DNA from: Prochlorococcus sp. AG-363-A03
GTDB lineage: Bacteria; Cyanobacteriota; Cyanobacteriia; PCC-6307; Cyanobiaceae
Direction: 5' to 3'
DNA length: 64,000 nucleotides
NCBI GenBank assembly: GCA_003280445.1
Contig: QCEW01000002.1
Location: 3,969 to 67,968 of the forward strand
Position numbers and translations under genes: made by a program. Numbering within the stretch: position 1 is the stretch's first letter; the number at the start of each line of letters is the position of its first letter. Below are positions 1 through 10,865 of this stretch, piece after piece. A model generated the notes under the pieces. That model searched no databases and was not told the DNA's origin. It saw only the letters and a list, made by a program, of their open reading frames with translations.

Positions 1-672
1 TTAATTATCAAGCAGCCAAATTTAAGCACCGCTGCATTAATAGGGATCCTACTTTGGATGATTGCATTAGCGTCCGGTATTAATTTCAGTTATCTTTTTA
101 AAACGGCTTTATCCGGCTTTTTTATTGGTTCAATAAGCATTTTTTTTAATGCGTATCAACAAAGTCGAGTTATGTCATTTATCAACCCATGGAAAGATCC
201 ACAAGGGAGCGGATACCAACTAATTCAGAGCCTTTATGCTATTGGTTCGGGAGGTCTATTTGGAGAAGGTTATGGTCTTTCAATGCAGAAATTACAATAC
301 TTGCCCTATAGAAGTACTGATTTTATATTTGCTGTTTTTGCTGAAGAATTTGGATTCTTTGGATCTATTTTACTTTTATCGTTTCTTCTTGTAGTTGCAT
401 ATTTAACTCTTAAAATATCTCTTAATTGTACAAATAACTATTCTAAACTAATCTCTATTGGATCAGGTACGATTCTTGTTGGCCAATCAATTATGCACAT
501 AGCAGTTTCTTCAGGAGCAATGCCTACAACTGGGCTACCATTCCCTTTGATCAGTTATGGGGGAAACTCATTAATTTCAAGCTTACTTATAGCTGCCTTG
601 TTGGTCAGATCCTCTATTGAATCTTCAGATTTATTAGTTAAAAATCCCTCAAATAGACTTTTAAGTAGATAA
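1..672 (+). CDS. ftsW: Cell division/SEDS protein FtsW (5' truncated by window edge)
   Basis: Frame is open from base 1 (LIIKQPNLSTAALIG...). SEDS motifs QPNLST, GYQLIQSLYAIGSGG, YLPYRSTDFIFAVFAEEFG, PTTGLPFPLISYGGNS. Confidence 0.9.
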   Translation, partial: LIIKQPNLSTAALIGILLWMIALASGINFSYLFKTALSGFFIGSISIFFNAYQQSRVMSFINPWKDPQGSGYQLIQSLYAIGSGGLFGEGYGLSMQKLQYLPYRSTDFIFAVFAEEFGFFGSILLLSFLLVVAYLTLKISLNCTNNYSKLISIGSGTILVGQSIMHIAVSSGAMPTTGLPFPLISYGGNSLISSLLIAALLVRSSIESSDLLVKNPSNRLLSR

Positions 673-691
673 TCTGGATGAAGAACTTAGA

Positions 692-1432
692 GTGGCAATT
701 CTCTTTGTGAACATTTCTTCTATAACTTTAATTTTCTCTGATTTGACTAGACATGGCGAGGAGTTAATTAATAATGGGCTCAATCATCCAACCCCCCTAA
801 CAATTCTGATAGTTTTCACTGGAGGACTTTTGACTAGCTTGGGGCCATGTTCATTATCACTTTTACCAATTACAGTTGCATATTTAGCTGGATTTGAAAA
901 CAACCAAAACTCTTTACAAAAAACGATTAGTTTCTGCAGCGGAATAGTTATTTCACTAGTGGTATTAGGTAGTCTAAGCGGGTTTTTAGGGAAAATTTAT
1001 GGTCAATTGCCAGGTTTCTTTTCAATATTTATAAGTTTTCTAGCAATAATTATGGGTCTTAATCTGCTTGGGATTTTTAAATTCTCACTTCCATCTGGTC
1101 CTGACCCTGAAAGTTGGAAAAATCAAGTTCCTCCTGCATTCGCACCAATTTCAGCAGGTTTTGCTTTTGGATTAGCATCCTCGCCATGTACTACTCCTGT
1201 TCTTGCAGTTCTTCTCGCCTGGGTAGCTAAACAAGGAAACCCTCTTAGTGGAACAATTTTTCTTGGAAGTTTTGCTATTGGACAAGTTGTTCCTTTATTT
1301 TTAGCAGGTTCTTTTGCAGCAAGTATTCCAAAATTATTATCATTACGACCCATTGGGAAATGGGTTCCACCAATAAGTGGAGTGATTTTGTTAACCATAG
1401 GTCTTATGAGCCTAATTTCTATTTGGATATAA
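692..1432 (+). CDS. ccdA: Cytochrome c biogenesis thiol-disulfide transporter CcdA
   Basis: Multi-TM protein with LTSLGPCSLSLLP and SSPCTTPVL Cys motifs; next to ccsB. Confidence 0.92.
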   Translation: MAILFVNISSITLIFSDLTRHGEELINNGLNHPTPLTILIVFTGGLLTSLGPCSLSLLPITVAYLAGFENNQNSLQKTISFCSGIVISLVVLGSLSGFLGKIYGQLPGFFSIFISFLAIIMGLNLLGIFKFSLPSGPDPESWKNQVPPAFAPISAGFAFGLASSPCTTPVLAVLLAWVAKQGNPLSGTIFLGSFAIGQVVPLFLAGSFAASIPKLLSLRPIGKWVPPISGVILLTIGLMSLISIWI

Positions 1433-1437
1433 AATAG

Positions 1438-2718
1438 ATGAAAAAAATTAGCCAAGTTTTAAATTGGCTTTCTAGCTTAAAGATTGCGATATTACTATTA
1501 TTATTGATAGCTATTTCATGTGCAGCTGGGACTTTAATACCACAACAAGAATCAGATCAATTCTATTATGATAATTTTAATAAAAATCCTTTTCTTGGAA
1601 TAATTAATGCAAATATATTATTACTTTTTGAATTCGATCATGTCTATACAAGTTTTTGGTTTTTATTCTTACTAATTTGGCTTGGTTTAGCTCTTGCAGT
1701 TTGTAGCTTTAGAAGACAATTACCTATACTTAAATCAGCATTAAACTGGATAGATTATAAATCTCCTCGTCAAATAGCAAAACTTTCTATTGCTCAATCA
1801 ATAGTTACTGAAAATTACTCAGAAAGCTTAGAAAAAATTAAAATTAATTTAAAAAAGAAAGGTTGGAATATAAAAGAAACAGATGGAAGGATAGCGGCTC
1901 GTCAAGGAGTAATAGGTAGATTAGGACCTATATTAATTCATATAGGCATGATACTATTAATGATAGGTGCAACATACGGATCATTAAATGGGAAAACCAT
2001 AGAAAAATTTTTAGCCCCTGGCAGATCAATAAATTTATTGAACAATAATGAAGAGAAAGGGTTAACGATTGAATTACAAAAGTTTCAAATAGATAGAGAC
2101 CCTCAAGGAAGAGCCGAGCAGTATAGATCTTTAGTCAATATTATCGAGCTAAATGGAAACAATCAATCAAAAGAAATTAGTGTTAATTATCCATTAAGAT
2201 ATAAAGGTCTAACATTATATCAAGCCGACTGGTCATTAGCAGCAATAACTATTCAAATTGAAAATAGTCCAAAATTACAAATTCCAATAAAATCTATACC
2301 TGAACTAGGTGAACAAGTCTGGGGGACAGTTATACCTACAAAAAAAGATGGTAAAGACCCAATTTTATTAACAGTTGAGAGTGAGCTTGGACCAGTAAAG
2401 ATTTATGATGGTGAGGGCACATTACTTACAAATTTAAGCATAAATAAGGAAGCAATAGTCAAAGAGAGTTTAATAAAGATAATAAATATAATACCAAGTA
2501 GTGGGTTACTGTTAAAGCATGACCCTGGAGTCCCTCTTGTATATACCAGTTTTGCGATAATACTTATAGGTGGCTCACTTAGTATTATTTCCACTAAGAA
2601 AATCTGGGTATTACATGAAAAGGAAAAATCTACTATGTATATAGGTGGATTAAGCAACAGAAATCTCTCTGGTCTTTCAGAAGAACTGCCAAAACTTATT
2701 AGTCTCTTAGAGAATTAG
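1438..2718 (+). CDS. ccsB: Cytochrome c biogenesis protein Ccs1/CcsB (ResB family)
   Basis: LSSLKIAI..GTLIPQ, FDHVYTSFWF, IHIGMIL, ISVNYPLRYKG, KHDPGVPLVY motifs. Confidence 0.92.
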   Translation: MKKISQVLNWLSSLKIAILLLLLIAISCAAGTLIPQQESDQFYYDNFNKNPFLGIINANILLLFEFDHVYTSFWFLFLLIWLGLALAVCSFRRQLPILKSALNWIDYKSPRQIAKLSIAQSIVTENYSESLEKIKINLKKKGWNIKETDGRIAARQGVIGRLGPILIHIGMILLMIGATYGSLNGKTIEKFLAPGRSINLLNNNEEKGLTIELQKFQIDRDPQGRAEQYRSLVNIIELNGNNQSKEISVNYPLRYKGLTLYQADWSLAAITIQIENSPKLQIPIKSIPELGEQVWGTVIPTKKDGKDPILLTVESELGPVKIYDGEGTLLTNLSINKEAIVKESLIKIINIIPSSGLLLKHDPGVPLVYTSFAIILIGGSLSIISTKKIWVLHEKEKSTMYIGGLSNRNLSGLSEELPKLISLLEN

Positions 2719-3129
2719 CTCTAAATTATTTCTTTTCCCATGACAGACTCTAATGATTGTATGAACATTACCTCTAGGATTAAAATCAGCTTCTAATTGC
2801 ATCCACTTAGGATCAGAAACCTCAACAAAATCGTCGATTATTTTATTAGTAACTTCTTCATGAGATGTTTTCTTTTCTCGAAAGCTATTTAAGTAAAGTT
2901 TAATGGCTTTTAATTCTATAACTTTTTTATTTGGTTGATATTTAATTCTCAAAGTTGCATAATCAGGATAACCAGAAAAAGGGCACTTACAAGTGAATTC
3001 AGGAAAATCTATTGAGATTTCATAATCTCTATTACTATTTGGATTTGGAAAACAAATTAAGTTTGCATTTTCTATTTCCCTCTCTCCATACATCATTTCT
3101 TCTTTGTTGTCTTTTTCTTGTCTAATCAC
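2707..3129 (-). CDS. queF: NADPH-dependent 7-cyano-7-deazaguanine (preQ0) reductase
   Basis: PEFTCKCPFSGYPDYA, ELKAIKLYLNSFR, SHEEV and FNPRGN motifs. Confidence 0.95.
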   Translation of the reverse strand: MIRQEKDNKEEMMYGEREIENANLICFPNPNSNRDYEISIDFPEFTCKCPFSGYPDYATLRIKYQPNKKVIELKAIKLYLNSFREKKTSHEEVTNKIIDDFVEVSDPKWMQLEADFNPRGNVHTIIRVCHGKRNNLELIL

Positions 3130-3239
3130 ATTTTAATAGCATTTACAACTCACATTACATAAAAGATTGATTGAAAATTCAAACTTTAAATAAATTCTTC
3201 TAATTAAAAAAGTTTCTTGATGATGCCAAAAAACAGATT

Positions 3240-3255
3240 TGTATCATTGGGTACA
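3240..3255 (+). promoter_or_regulatory. NtcA binding site (TGTA-N8-TACA) upstream of hypothetical gene and glnB
   Basis: TGTATCATTGGGTACA matches the GTA-N8-TAC consensus exactly, ~50 bp before the ORF preceding glnB. Confidence 0.85.
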
Positions 3256-3303
3256 AAACTAATCACCGCTATCCCCCTTAATGGATACAACTAATTGTTT
3301 TAC

Positions 3304-3531
3304 ATGGACATCAGTCTCTCTGATAAACGAAATGGAACTCAAATAGAACCTACTAGTGTTCATGGAATCCTTTGGCTACAAACTCATTTTGAATCCGAGC
3401 ATTGGGAATCAATCAGTAATGGTCTGGTAAGAATTCCTCCAAAAGACGCAGAAAGACTTGGTGAAGATGCAAAAAAGGCTGGTCTAAATGTAAATTTCAT
3501 CAATTCTCTAACTCAATTAGACAAAATCTGA
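3304..3531 (+). CDS. Conserved picocyanobacterial hypothetical protein upstream of glnB
   Basis: ATG at 3304 (ORF track starts at TTG 3295); PTSVHGILWLQTHFE motif; lies between the NtcA box and glnB. Confidence 0.8.
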   Translation: MDISLSDKRNGTQIEPTSVHGILWLQTHFESEHWESISNGLVRIPPKDAERLGEDAKKAGLNVNFINSLTQLDKI

Positions 3532-3534
3532 TAA

Positions 3535-3909
<375 letters not shown>

Positions 3910-3922
3910 ACGCAAAAAAAAT

Positions 3923-4720
3923 TTAAAAGCATCGATTTAGCAATTCTTTTATTTCAATATTTCCTTCAACTTCATCACCCATCCACAGAAGATATTCTTG
4001 ATTACCAGCAGGGCCTTTTAAAGGCGATGCTATCAACCCTTTTGGGAGCAATCCATATTTTTCAGCTTCGTTTACTACGCCCTCTATAGCCTCAGCATGC
4101 AGTGATTCATCACGAACAACACCCCCTTTGCCCACTTTATCTTTGCCAACCTCAAATTGAGGTTTAACTAGAACAAGTAACTCAGATCGGTTAGATTTAA
4201 GAAGAGACTTAATATTAGGCAAAACAATTTTAAGAGAGATAAAAGATAAGTCTGCAACAGCGAAGTCTGGTATCGGGTCTCCATCATTAAATAGTTTTTC
4301 AGGAGTTAAATACCTAATGTTTGTTCGTTCCCAAAGAACCACTCTTGGATCATTTCTGATACTCCATGCAGTTTGGCCATACCCAACATCAACTCCATAA
4401 ACCTTTGCCGCTCCTAACTGCAAAAGACAATCTGTAAAACCACCAGTTGAAATCCCAGCATCTAAACAAACCCTATTCTTAATATTTAGAGAAAATTGAT
4501 TAAACGCTTCAGCCAACTTTTCACCTCCTCTGGATACATATCTCAAAGGTTGCGTAACTTCTATCTCAAGATCTTTCAGAACTTCTTGACCTGGCTTATC
4601 TAAAATTTGACCGTTGATTGTTTTAACTTTGCCAGCTCTAATAAGCTTCTGAGCCTCTTGACGTGTTTCCACCAACCCTTTAGTCAGCAAGTGAAGATCT
4701 AATCGCGATTTTTTAGTCAT
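3923..4720 (-). CDS. tlyA: TlyA family rRNA (cytidine-2'-O)-methyltransferase
   Basis: S4 domain (SRLDLHL), YVSRGGEKL, LDAGISTGGFTDCLLQ, LVKPQFE, GPAGNQEYL; ATG at 4720 preferred. Confidence 0.93.
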   Translation of the reverse strand: MTKKSRLDLHLLTKGLVETRQEAQKLIRAGKVKTINGQILDKPGQEVLKDLEIEVTQPLRYVSRGGEKLAEAFNQFSLNIKNRVCLDAGISTGGFTDCLLQLGAAKVYGVDVGYGQTAWSIRNDPRVVLWERTNIRYLTPEKLFNDGDPIPDFAVADLSFISLKIVLPNIKSLLKSNRSELLVLVKPQFEVGKDKVGKGGVVRDESLHAEAIEGVVNEAEKYGLLPKGLIASPLKGPAGNQEYLLWMGDEVEGNIEIKELLNRCF

Positions 4721-4816
4721 TATGTTTACAAAAACAAACAGGAAACGGAACAAAAACCGCAGAACTCGTGCTTATCCACTTTTTCGATGGAGAATCTAGT
4801 CAACTGACCAAAGGTT

Positions 4817-5077
4817 TTGTCTAAAAAGCTCAGGCATCCAAGAAATGAGAATGAGCTATCTAGCCATGGTCATTTTCATCTAACCTCAAAAAAACAACCT
4901 GGAGAAGTGCTTGAACTTCTACCTCCAGGAAGTTTTGCAAAATTTGCAAATCAACCAAATGATTTGCCTCCCTTTCAAGTTATTGATTGCAAAGGAGGAA
5001 GATGCAGAGTAAGACAACAAGCTTGGGGGAGATATGTCCATTGGGAAGTTGAACACAATAGACTCAAGTCAGCTTGA
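4817..5077 (+). CDS. Conserved hypothetical protein upstream of purB
   Basis: 86-aa ORF (DLPPFQVIDCKGGRCRVRQQAWG) fills the tlyA-purB gap. Confidence 0.7.
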   Translation: MSKKLRHPRNENELSSHGHFHLTSKKQPGEVLELLPPGSFAKFANQPNDLPPFQVIDCKGGRCRVRQQAWGRYVHWEVEHNRLKSA

Positions 5078-5120
5078 CCTTGACGATCTAAATTGAAGTA
5101 ACCTTTAACTTTGTAGCACT

Positions 5121-6416
5121 TTGATTGAGCGTTACACAAACCCAGAGATGGGAAATATTTGGTCTGATCAAGCCAAATACCAAACATGGCTTGATGTTGA
5201 GATTGCCGCATGTGAGGCTAATTGCAAATTAGGGAAAATCCCTAAAAGTGCAATGGAAACCATTCGATCAAAGGCAAGTTTCAAACCTGAACGCATCCTC
5301 GAGATAGAAGAGGAAGTTCGCCATGACGTAATTGCCTTTCTAACAAATGTAAATGAATATGTTGGTGATGCTGGCCGTTACATACATGTTGGAATGACCA
5401 GTAGCGATGTCCTTGATACTGGTCTTGCGCTTCAATTAAAGTCATCAGTCAATCTTTTAAGAAAAGAACTTTTATTGCTTGAAGAAGCTATTAGAGATCT
5501 TGCAAGACAGCATAAGAAAACCGTAATGATTGGACGTTCTCATGCGATTCATGGAGAACCTATTACCTTTGGATTCAAGTTGGCGGGATGGCTAGCTGAG
5601 ACTATTAGAAATAAAGATAGGCTAAACAGCCTTGAGAAAGACATATCGGTTGGGCAAATTAGCGGGGCTATGGGTACTTATGCCAATACTGATCCAGAAA
5701 TAGAAAGAATTACTTGCGAACTTTTGGGGCTTGAAAGTGACACTGCTAGCACTCAAGTTATCTCAAGAGATAGGCATGCAAATTATGTGCAGATTCTTGC
5801 TTTGATTGGATCTTCACTCGATCGTTTTTCTACAGAAATTAGAAACCTCCAAAGAACAGATGTTCTTGAAGTAGAGGAAAACTTTGCTAAAGGCCAAAAA
5901 GGAAGCTCTGCAATGCCTCATAAAAGAAATCCCATACGAAGTGAAAGAGTAAGTGGCCTTTCAAGAGTGTTAAGAAGTTATGTAGTTGCAGCCCTTGAAA
6001 ATGTAGCTCTATGGCATGAAAGAGATATAAGCCACAGCTCCAATGAGAGATTAATGCTACCAGACACATCTATCACTCTTCATTTTATGATCACAGAAAT
6101 GACCGCAATAATTAAAGGTCTCGGGGTTTATCCAAATAATATGCTGAAAAATTTGAACATTTATGGAGGAGTAGTTTTTAGTCAAAGAGTTCTTTTAGCT
6201 TTAGTTGAGAATGGAATGAGTCGAGAAGATTCTTACCGACTGGTACAAAAGAATGCTCATTCAGCCTGGAATCAAAACGATGGAAATTTCAGAAAAAACC
6301 TTGAGAACGATCCAGAGGTAATGAATAGTCTCACAACAAAAAAACTTTCTGATTGTTTCTCAACCGAATTACATCAGTCCAATTTGAGAGTTATTTGGGA
6401 AAGACTTGGTATATAA
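5121..6416 (+). CDS. purB: Adenylosuccinate lyase
   Basis: MIERY, RHDVIAF, HVGMTSSD, GRSHAIHGEP, GSSAMPHKRNP signature. Confidence 0.98.
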   Translation: MIERYTNPEMGNIWSDQAKYQTWLDVEIAACEANCKLGKIPKSAMETIRSKASFKPERILEIEEEVRHDVIAFLTNVNEYVGDAGRYIHVGMTSSDVLDTGLALQLKSSVNLLRKELLLLEEAIRDLARQHKKTVMIGRSHAIHGEPITFGFKLAGWLAETIRNKDRLNSLEKDISVGQISGAMGTYANTDPEIERITCELLGLESDTASTQVISRDRHANYVQILALIGSSLDRFSTEIRNLQRTDVLEVEENFAKGQKGSSAMPHKRNPIRSERVSGLSRVLRSYVVAALENVALWHERDISHSSNERLMLPDTSITLHFMITEMTAIIKGLGVYPNNMLKNLNIYGGVVFSQRVLLALVENGMSREDSYRLVQKNAHSAWNQNDGNFRKNLENDPEVMNSLTTKKLSDCFSTELHQSNLRVIWERLGI

Positions 6417-6544
6417 CTTTAAAAGCTGAATCAATTAATATCAGTGAATGCACTCTCAAAAGGGAATAGAACCAGATTCAACTAAAATCCATAGTTATAA
6501 GTTTCTATTCCCTAAGAAACTTGAAAATTCTCAACCCAAGATCA

Positions 6545-7939
6545 ATGTCCAATATGAAACGACTTGAAAAAGATAGCCTAGGTTCGATTGATGTTCCAAA
6601 GGATGCGCTATGGGGAGCTCAAACTCAACGATCAATATTAAACTTCGCTATTGGAGATGAAGTCATACCACTAGAGATTATTCATGCAATTGCCCAAATA
6701 AAAGCCTCTGCTGCTCAAGTGAACAGTCAACTAGGCCTGATAGACATAGAAACCACTAAATTTATTACCGAAGCAAGTTTAGAAATTATTGAAGGAAAAC
6801 ATAATGATCAATTCCCTGTGAAAGTTTGGCAAACAGGGAGTGGAACGCAAACCAATATGAACGTCAATGAGGTGATTTGTAATATAGCTTCAAAACGTTT
6901 AAATAATCCGTTAGGTAGTCATGATCCAATACATCCCAATGATCATGTCAATTGCTCTCAATCAACAAACGATGTTTTTCCAGCTGCAATCCAAATAGCC
7001 ACAATAGTTACATTAAAAGACACCTTAATACCTGAATTAAAAAAAGTCATTGATGTATTCCATCAAAAAAGTAGAGAATGGAAGGATATTATAAAGATAG
7101 GACGTACTCATCTTCAAGATGCAGTACCTTTAACTCTTGGACAAGAAGTCTCTGCTTGGGCTGCTCAACTAGAAACTGCTTTAGCACGTATCGAAATCAA
7201 CCTCGTGGAACTTTATCCACTTCCTCTTGGAGGAACCGCAATTGGGACTGGCCTTAATGCTCCTAAGAATTTCGATAATTTAATTGCTCTTGATATTGCT
7301 AGAAAAACAAATTTACCTTTTGAGACTGCAGCTAATAAATTTGCCATTATGGCTAGTCATGATGGTCTTGTAAATATAATGTCTCAACTCAAATTATTAG
7401 CCATAACTTTTCTCAAAGTTGTTAATGATCTTCGACTTTTATCTTGTGGACCTAGAGCTGGATTATCAGAGCTGCATCTACCAGCTAATGAACCTGGCAG
7501 CTCAATAATGCCAGGGAAGATTAATCCTACTCAATGCGAAGCGATGGCAATGGTGTGTACGCAAATAATTGGCATGGACACCTCAGTATCAATTGCAGGC
7601 AGTGGGGGATATCTACAAATGAATGTTTATAAACCACTTATTGGCTACAACATTTTAAAAAGTATCAACCTTATTCAAAATGCATGTAAGAGTTGCAGAG
7701 AAAATATGATTGAAGGGATTGAACCCAATAAAGAGAAACTCAAAGAATATCTAGATGATTCTTTGATGTTAGTAACTGCATTAGCGCCATCAATCGGATA
7801 CGAAAAAGCTAGTAAAATTGCCCAATTAGCCCATAGAAAAAATCTAAGTTTAAGACAAGCATCCAATCAATTAAATTATATTGACCAAGACGAATTTGAT
7901 AATCTCACTAATCCGAAATCTATGATTAGAGATGATTAA
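6545..7939 (+). CDS. fumC: Fumarate hydratase class II
   Basis: WGAQTQRS, QTGSGTQTNMNVNEVI, GRTHLQDAVP, GSSIMPGKINPTQCE. Confidence 0.97.
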   Translation: MSNMKRLEKDSLGSIDVPKDALWGAQTQRSILNFAIGDEVIPLEIIHAIAQIKASAAQVNSQLGLIDIETTKFITEASLEIIEGKHNDQFPVKVWQTGSGTQTNMNVNEVICNIASKRLNNPLGSHDPIHPNDHVNCSQSTNDVFPAAIQIATIVTLKDTLIPELKKVIDVFHQKSREWKDIIKIGRTHLQDAVPLTLGQEVSAWAAQLETALARIEINLVELYPLPLGGTAIGTGLNAPKNFDNLIALDIARKTNLPFETAANKFAIMASHDGLVNIMSQLKLLAITFLKVVNDLRLLSCGPRAGLSELHLPANEPGSSIMPGKINPTQCEAMAMVCTQIIGMDTSVSIAGSGGYLQMNVYKPLIGYNILKSINLIQNACKSCRENMIEGIEPNKEKLKEYLDDSLMLVTALAPSIGYEKASKIAQLAHRKNLSLRQASNQLNYIDQDEFDNLTNPKSMIRDD

Positions 7940-7952
7940 ACAAAAAGGTTTT

Positions 7953-10736
7953 TCAATCTAAATTATGTCTTTCAGTAGCCGGATTAATAGGTTCATGATT
8001 TTTTTCTTTTGCTTGATTAATATCTTCAGCTTCGCAAACTGGAAATCTATCCATTAATTTTATCGCTGCTTTAGCATTATTTCTGAGTTGCCTACTCACA
8101 GATTCGCAATAGGGAATCTGTGAAAGTAAATCATTTGTTCTTCTTAAAATTCTTACGACATCCCCCTCATCCAAGGAGGTATTTGAAATTAAATCCGTCC
8201 AAGTACTTCCTCGAGCCCAGGCTTCTACTAAACCCATTAATTCTGAACTCCATAGGATTGGGACTTCTATATCAAATCGTTCTTGAACTGTAACCAATTC
8301 TCTTCGAATATTTGATAAATCATTAAAGGCTTCATCTGCAACTACACTTGGAATAAATCCAGACCATAAATCAGGACGATTTACTTCAGTAACAATTGAT
8401 TGAATAACACCAGCTAATTCTATAGGTGTTAGTTCATCAAGATGTCCACTCATCAAAACCAATCCTAACCATAACTCATTTTCACCTCTTAAAGATCCAA
8501 TACCTCTTCCAATTTCAGTTGGATTTAAATCGTCTAAGCATCCAAAGTGGTTTAGTACTTTAATTAGTGATAAGAAAGTTTCCCAGTGACGATTAGACCT
8601 GTCGTAAAGCATCTGCTCACGTTCATGTATTTCAATACTTAGTTCGTCCATTTTTCGTCTATGCTTCTTTAGTTTTTTCTTATCACCCCATCGATGAGCT
8701 GGCTGAATCAATAATTCATCATCCAGAGATTTAACTAATTTAGCTTGAGATAAAACTTCGCTAGCGAGATCATATTGAGCCGTTCTCATATCATTTTTCT
8801 GAGCCAAATTTAAAATTTTTGAAGCTGTTTCATTACTTAGTAAATCACCGTGATGTATTTCACCTAATCTACTAATTTCAGGAGTTGAAAGATGTGATAC
8901 GTCTAGGCAAGTTAATTCTGCATAAAGACTAACAACTTCCTTGCAAGCAATAAGTATCCAAATATTTTCATCTGTTAAGCATAACAATTGAGATTGTCTA
9001 TCTCCCTTTTGTATCTTTTGAACAATGACTGCAGGTGTAACTTTGCCTCGTAACTGTGATGTCTTTAGACTTATGAGGGTTCCATTATTTGCAAATTCTA
9101 AGGCTAAGATCAATTCATTAGATAAGGTTTCTGCTGATTGTTTTTGGAGAATTTTCAATAATCTCCTTTCTTCTTTTAGATGACTTTTAATTTTCTCATA
9201 TCTTTCAAAATCGGACCATGGGATGTCTTCTGAAAAAGTTTTATACTCTTTAAACTCCTCTTTTAGGCTGGACAACTCTTCTTCTTCTTCAACCAAATCC
9301 AAGCTCGCCAAGTATCTACTAAAGCTTCTCTCTATCAATTCTTTTGATTTGTCTAAGTCATAACGCTGTAATAGATTCAATACCATGCCATAGCTGGGCG
9401 TGAATTGACTAATCAGTGGATCGGCCGGGCTGGTGGCTAATTGACCTGCTTCTCGAACCCCTTCGAACCGAGTTTGTACAGTGACCACGTAACCTCTAGA
9501 GTCAAGACCTCTTCTTCCAGCCCTCCCAGCCATTTGTAAGAATTCACTCCCCATTAATTGACGATGTCCATTATCTGATCTCTTCGACAAAGTAGATATA
9601 ATTGTGCTTCTCGCCGGCATATTGATTCCTGCAGCTAAGGTTTCAGTTGCAAAAACCACCTTTATCAATCCCTCTTGAAATAATTCCTCAATTAACTCCT
9701 TCCAAGCAGGAAGAACTCCTGCATGATGAGATGCGATTCCATTAAATAAAGCTTTTATATGTAAATCATCTCTCAAACCTTCTGAGTTTAAAATTGTATA
9801 TTTTTCAAATCGATCTTGAATTAATTGTCTTTCTTCTTGATTCACTAAAGAAGTGCTAGCTATTGTTTTCACAGCCTTATCACAACCGCGACGACTAAAT
9901 ATGAAATAAATAGCGGGTAACATATTTCTTTCCGCCAACTTCGATATAACAAAGCCCAATGAAGGAGAGTCAGGTTGATTAGGCTTGGATAAGCGTCCTC
10001 TCTTCTTATGTGATTTTGTTGAGCGCCAAATCTTACAGTTTGGATGTAAGCCAGTTCCTTTTTCATTGAGTAATGGATGAAGTCCTTTAGCGCTACAAAA
10101 ATTGAATTCCAAGGGAACTGGTCTTAAATCACTAGATATCAAATCTGTTGGTCCGTGAACTTGCTCGATCCAATCAGTTAATTGACCTGCATTCGCAACG
10201 GTTGCCGATAGAGCAACGAACTGAACGGATTTAGGACAATGAATAATTGATTCCTCCCACACTGTTCCTCTATGAGCATCATTCATGTAATGACATTCAT
10301 CAAGGACTACGGTTTCTATATCAAGTAGAGGGTCATCATTTCTATCCGCTGCTGCATAAAGCATATTTCTAAAAATTTCAGTAGTCATCACAAGAATCGA
10401 GGCCTCTCTATTCAGACTTAAATCACCTGTTAAAAGACCTACATTGCTTGAACCAAATTGATTCCTAAAGTCTCTGAGTTTTTGGTTAGATAAAGCTTTT
10501 AAGGGAGTTGTATAAAACACCTTATTTCCATGAGCAATCGCTCTATAAATTGCATACTCTCCTATCAAGGTTTTTCCTGATCCTGTAGGAGCACTAACAA
10601 CCACAGAATGCCCTTGATTGAGTGAGTCAATTGCTTTAAGTTGAAACTCATCCAACGCAAAAGAAAAGACTTCCTTTGGATTTAAACTGTTTTTGAGGAT
10701 TTCGTTCTCAGACGTATCTCTTTCTAAAGAAGTCAT
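7953..10736 (-). CDS. Superfamily II Ski2/HelY-like DEAD/DEAH RNA helicase
   Basis: APTGSGKT, PLKALSNQK, DECH, LSAT, ATETLAAGINMPA, QMAGRAGRRG and a DSHCT-like C-terminus. Confidence 0.92.
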   Translation of the reverse strand: MTSLERDTSENEILKNSLNPKEVFSFALDEFQLKAIDSLNQGHSVVVSAPTGSGKTLIGEYAIYRAIAHGNKVFYTTPLKALSNQKLRDFRNQFGSSNVGLLTGDLSLNREASILVMTTEIFRNMLYAAADRNDDPLLDIETVVLDECHYMNDAHRGTVWEESIIHCPKSVQFVALSATVANAGQLTDWIEQVHGPTDLISSDLRPVPLEFNFCSAKGLHPLLNEKGTGLHPNCKIWRSTKSHKKRGRLSKPNQPDSPSLGFVISKLAERNMLPAIYFIFSRRGCDKAVKTIASTSLVNQEERQLIQDRFEKYTILNSEGLRDDLHIKALFNGIASHHAGVLPAWKELIEELFQEGLIKVVFATETLAAGINMPARSTIISTLSKRSDNGHRQLMGSEFLQMAGRAGRRGLDSRGYVVTVQTRFEGVREAGQLATSPADPLISQFTPSYGMVLNLLQRYDLDKSKELIERSFSRYLASLDLVEEEEELSSLKEEFKEYKTFSEDIPWSDFERYEKIKSHLKEERRLLKILQKQSAETLSNELILALEFANNGTLISLKTSQLRGKVTPAVIVQKIQKGDRQSQLLCLTDENIWILIACKEVVSLYAELTCLDVSHLSTPEISRLGEIHHGDLLSNETASKILNLAQKNDMRTAQYDLASEVLSQAKLVKSLDDELLIQPAHRWGDKKKLKKHRRKMDELSIEIHEREQMLYDRSNRHWETFLSLIKVLNHFGCLDDLNPTEIGRGIGSLRGENELWLGLVLMSGHLDELTPIELAGVIQSIVTEVNRPDLWSGFIPSVVADEAFNDLSNIRRELVTVQERFDIEVPILWSSELMGLVEAWARGSTWTDLISNTSLDEGDVVRILRRTNDLLSQIPYCESVSRQLRNNAKAAIKLMDRFPVCEAEDINQAKEKNHEPINPATERHNLD

Positions 10737-10865
10737 TTCTAAATCCTAGGGGAATATTCTTTGATCACATGATTTTTGATTTGGATACATAATAGAAACA
10801 AGAAACCAAAGAAAAAATGTTAGCTCATTACCAAAATCTCTAAATATAGAAAAAAACATAAAGAT

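Noticed and set aside
7953-10736. Helicase as an anti-phage defence gene
   Set aside because: HelY/Ski2-like helicase in a core housekeeping context with no partner nuclease or defence neighbours.
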